Source: Acholeplasma sp.
GTDB lineage: Bacteria > Bacillota_I > Bacilli_A > Acholeplasmatales > UBA5453
Direction: 5' to 3'
NCBI GenBank assembly: GCA_036677365.1
Contig: JAVBWN010000012.1
Location: forward strand, 64,001 to 128,000
Length of the DNA: 64,000 bases
Shown here in pieces: positions 61,326-64,000 of this stretch. Below the pieces are notes generated by a model. The model did not search any database. It saw only the letters and a list, made by a program, of their open reading frames with translations, and was not told the DNA's origin. The translations under genes were made by a program, and so were the position numbers. The number at the start of each line of letters is the position of its first letter. The stretch's first letter is position 1.

Positions 61326-63089
61326 ATGGCTAAGTTAATCCCCGATTTACAAAAAATAAAAACAAGTATGAGACCTAAACCAGAAATTGGTGAAATGTTT
61401 TTACTCGAATTATTAGCTAAGGAACTTAGTGATGAATGGCATGTTTATTTTCAAGTTAGCATAGATGGAAGCCACCCTGATATTGTTTTGGTGTGCCAAA
61501 ATTTTGGTGTAATAATAATTGAAGTAAAGGATTGGAATTATAATAATTATCACATTTTAAGTGAAGATAATAGGGACAAATGGATATTAAAATCAAAAAA
61601 TCAAAGAATTAAATCACCAATAGATCAAGTAGATGAGTATCGCTGGTTAGTGAAAGAAAAATTAGTCAGTATTATTAATGAAGATGAGTATAGTAATGTG
61701 ATCAGAAATATTGTCGGTATGGTGTATTTTCATAACTTTACGAAAACCGAGATTAATCATGTAGCATCTGTAAGTTATAAATGCGAGAATTACATTAAAC
61801 TATTAAACCGTGAAATATGTTTGGAGTCGAAATTTATGTCAATTCTTAACAAATTCATTTTACATAAAAACAGAAAATGTTTTAGTGAACAAGTTATAGA
61901 AGGGTTTATAAATGTATTTAAACCTTCCCTGAATTGGTTGGACACTATGTTTCCCAATGAATTATTTCATTTTAATAAAAAGCAATTAGAACTATCTATA
62001 TCCAAACCAGAGCATATCAAATTTCGAGGTGTAGCAGGTAGTGGGAAAACATTTGTTTTAGCAAAAAGAGCGATAGACGCATATAAAAAGAAGGGACAAA
62101 AAGTTTTAATTCTATTTTTCAATATTACGATTACTAACTATTTCCACGATAAAATATCTGTTTTTAGAGAAGATGTAAGCTGGAAAGCTTTTGAAATTAT
62201 GCATTTTCACAAGTTAATATATAACAAAATAAATTTAGATATTGGCTATTTCGAAGATATAAATACCCGCATACAAGAAATTATTAAAATGATTAATTCA
62301 GGATATCAAATTGAACAGTATTCAACAATTTTGATTGATGAAGGGCAAGATTTTGAATTACTATGGTTCGAGTTTATAAAAAACTATTTGTTAGCACCAA
62401 ATGGTGAATATGTTATTTGTGCTGATGAAAAACAAAATGTATACAACAAAGTGCTCGAAGATAATAAAATAAAAACAAATATACCAGGTAGGTGGAATGA
62501 ACTCAATGAGTCATATAGATTGGCAGGAAATATAAAAATGGTCGTGCAAAATTTCCAAAATAAATATTTTTTTGATGAAGACTCTATAATCGAAAGCAAC
62601 ATTAAAATGTCGTTATTTGATCCCCAGATTTTTTATTATCGCACATTAGAACATAACATAAATGATGATGTGATAGAAGTAATTCATAAAATGAGAAGTG
62701 AAGGAATTAAGGATAGCGACATATGTATTATCACTGTTCAACATAGTACTTTGAAGTCTATTTCTAACACGTTGGAAAATCAAAACATTAAACATTATTA
62801 TGTATCAGAACAAAAAAGGAGTAAGCAAGGTCTACATTTGAACAATGATTTAATCAAACTCGTTTCGATATATAGTTTCAAAGGTTGGGAATCTAGTTCT
62901 ATCATCTTAATAATTGAGGACAATATGAAACCCGAGTTGTTATACACAGGTATGACAAGAGCTTTTACTAATCTATACATTATTAATTCAATCTATGAAT
63001 ACGAAGAATTCTTCGATGAACAAGAACAGATTGGTTTATTGACAGTAATAAAAAAGTCACGACCTTTATATGAAGAGTTGCCATTTTAA
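61326..63089 (+). CDS. NERD nuclease fused to a UvrD-like SF1 helicase
   Basis: HPDIVLV...IIIEVKDW...SPIDQV (NERD); GVAGSGKT, LIDEGQDF, ADEKQNVY, SYR, SFKGWES, LYTGMTRA. Confidence 0.85.
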   Translation: MAKLIPDLQKIKTSMRPKPEIGEMFLLELLAKELSDEWHVYFQVSIDGSHPDIVLVCQNFGVIIIEVKDWNYNNYHILSEDNRDKWILKSKNQRIKSPIDQVDEYRWLVKEKLVSIINEDEYSNVIRNIVGMVYFHNFTKTEINHVASVSYKCENYIKLLNREICLESKFMSILNKFILHKNRKCFSEQVIEGFINVFKPSLNWLDTMFPNELFHFNKKQLELSISKPEHIKFRGVAGSGKTFVLAKRAIDAYKKKGQKVLILFFNITITNYFHDKISVFREDVSWKAFEIMHFHKLIYNKINLDIGYFEDINTRIQEIIKMINSGYQIEQYSTILIDEGQDFELLWFEFIKNYLLAPNGEYVICADEKQNVYNKVLEDNKIKTNIPGRWNELNESYRLAGNIKMVVQNFQNKYFFDEDSIIESNIKMSLFDPQIFYYRTLEHNINDDVIEVIHKMRSEGIKDSDICIITVQHSTLKSISNTLENQNIKHYYVSEQKRSKQGLHLNNDLIKLVSIYSFKGWESSSIILIIEDNMKPELLYTGMTRAFTNLYIINSIYEYEEFFDEQEQIGLLTVIKKSRPLYEELPF

Positions 63090-63132
63090 TATTTGAGTTT
63101 TTTCTATTATAAAACAGTATAGAAAGTAAGTG

Positions 63133-64000
63133 ATGAAATTGATTAGATTAGACAATGATTTAAAAAAAGACTTTATACAATTCTTAGAGAATAGAGCAAA
63201 ACCTTCTCCAGGTCCTGATAAATACATTGACCAGACATCTGAAAAAATTAATATTTATGTGGAAGAGAGCGATTTTTTCAAGTATTTAACATATTCACTT
63301 CTAGACATTGAAAAATACTACTTTATTAACCAAAAAGTGGATTTGAATCAATTCGCTAAAGACTATATAGATTTTCTAGATACAGATGTCGATGATTTGT
63401 TTATAGAACATGCGGATGAGCTGTCTGACTATGATTATTATAATCCAAAGCTAATTATTGATGTGTATAAAAACAGTGTTCCAGTCATATTTAATCAAAA
63501 GGATAAAACTAGAGTTGAATTTAACGAAATCGTCTTAAGAAGAATTGTTGGGGATTTCAGTTTTGATTCATCATCTATAACCAAACTAGAAAAATCAATA
63601 ACTGACTTGTACAAAAATATTGCAAGCATGTATTTGAATAATGTTATCTATAGGCTTTTAAAATTAGATCACTTTGCTTTTTTATTCTGCTATGATGTGA
63701 TAAAAAAAAGCCAAAAGAATTCTCATAAGTGCATTTCATTTTTAGGGAAAATACATTTCATATCATTTGATTGTAATAGTATTGACCCCTTTAGTTATTG
63801 TTTTGAGGAGGATTTTCCAAAATACCTCGAAGCACTTGAACTTATTAATTTAGAGGATTTTCGAGAACAAAGTCGTTTAGAGGATATGTATGTGAATTTA
63901 TTCAATATTTCAGAATATTATGAAAGATACAATACAACTTATACAAGATTTCCACTTGCAATTAATCCATACATTAAGTCAAATGACAAAAATACCTATA
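63133..64000 (+). CDS. Hypothetical protein, 3'-partial
   Basis: Not in the ORF track; ATG 63133 (MKLIRLDNDLKKDFIQF...) appears to stay open to the window end. Confidence 0.6.
   Translation, partial: MKLIRLDNDLKKDFIQFLENRAKPSPGPDKYIDQTSEKINIYVEESDFFKYLTYSLLDIEKYYFINQKVDLNQFAKDYIDFLDTDVDDLFIEHADELSDYDYYNPKLIIDVYKNSVPVIFNQKDKTRVEFNEIVLRRIVGDFSFDSSSITKLEKSITDLYKNIASMYLNNVIYRLLKLDHFAFLFCYDVIKKSQKNSHKCISFLGKIHFISFDCNSIDPFSYCFEEDFPKYLEALELINLEDFREQSRLEDMYVNLFNISEYYERYNTTYTRFPLAINPYIKSNDKNTY

Noticed and set aside
4518..62980. Numerous 60-155 aa ORFs nested in or antisense to long genes (e.g. 6929-7249, 53437-53904)
   Set aside because: They lie within well-supported + strand CDSs, show no recognisable motifs, and have the Ser/Leu/Ile-rich composition of antisense frames.

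Overview
AT-rich bacterial window read with standard code 11 (TGA and TAG both act as stops). Gene content (DUF2779, BspA-type LRR, DUF4116 repeats) suggests an Acholeplasmatales/Mollicutes-like or low-GC Bacillota host, but this is inference. Almost every real gene is on the + strand and no housekeeping core genes are evident: the window reads as a defence/accessory island. Recognisable modules in order: (1) a Hachiman-like HamA/HamB pair; (2) a decayed FRG gene, then a NucC/DUF6602-like nuclease, a minimal Pol-beta nucleotidyltransferase, an AbiF-type HEPN protein with a downstream hairpin, and a metallophosphoesterase; (3) LRR, DUF2779 and DUF4116 genes and a DUF4011-type SF1 helicase-nuclease; (4) a six-gene operon of viperin-like radical SAM, deacetylase, HAD-GT4 fusion, GT4, WecB and WecC, with no export or polymerase genes; (5) a C2H2-finger / coiled-coil / atypical Hsp70 operon; (6) a complete type I R-M system next to a decayed replicon (AAA_25 helicase, iteron-like repeats, a duplicated ~160-nt module); (7) a coupled operon of SF1 helicase, HEPN-motif protein, coiled-coil protein, ClpB-like AAA+, NrdG-like radical SAM and NERD-UvrD. 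Modules 4, 7, 2 and 5 are the best candidates for undescribed systems. No rRNA, tRNA, CRISPR array, integrase or transposase was recognised. All family calls come from motif recognition by eye, not database searches.
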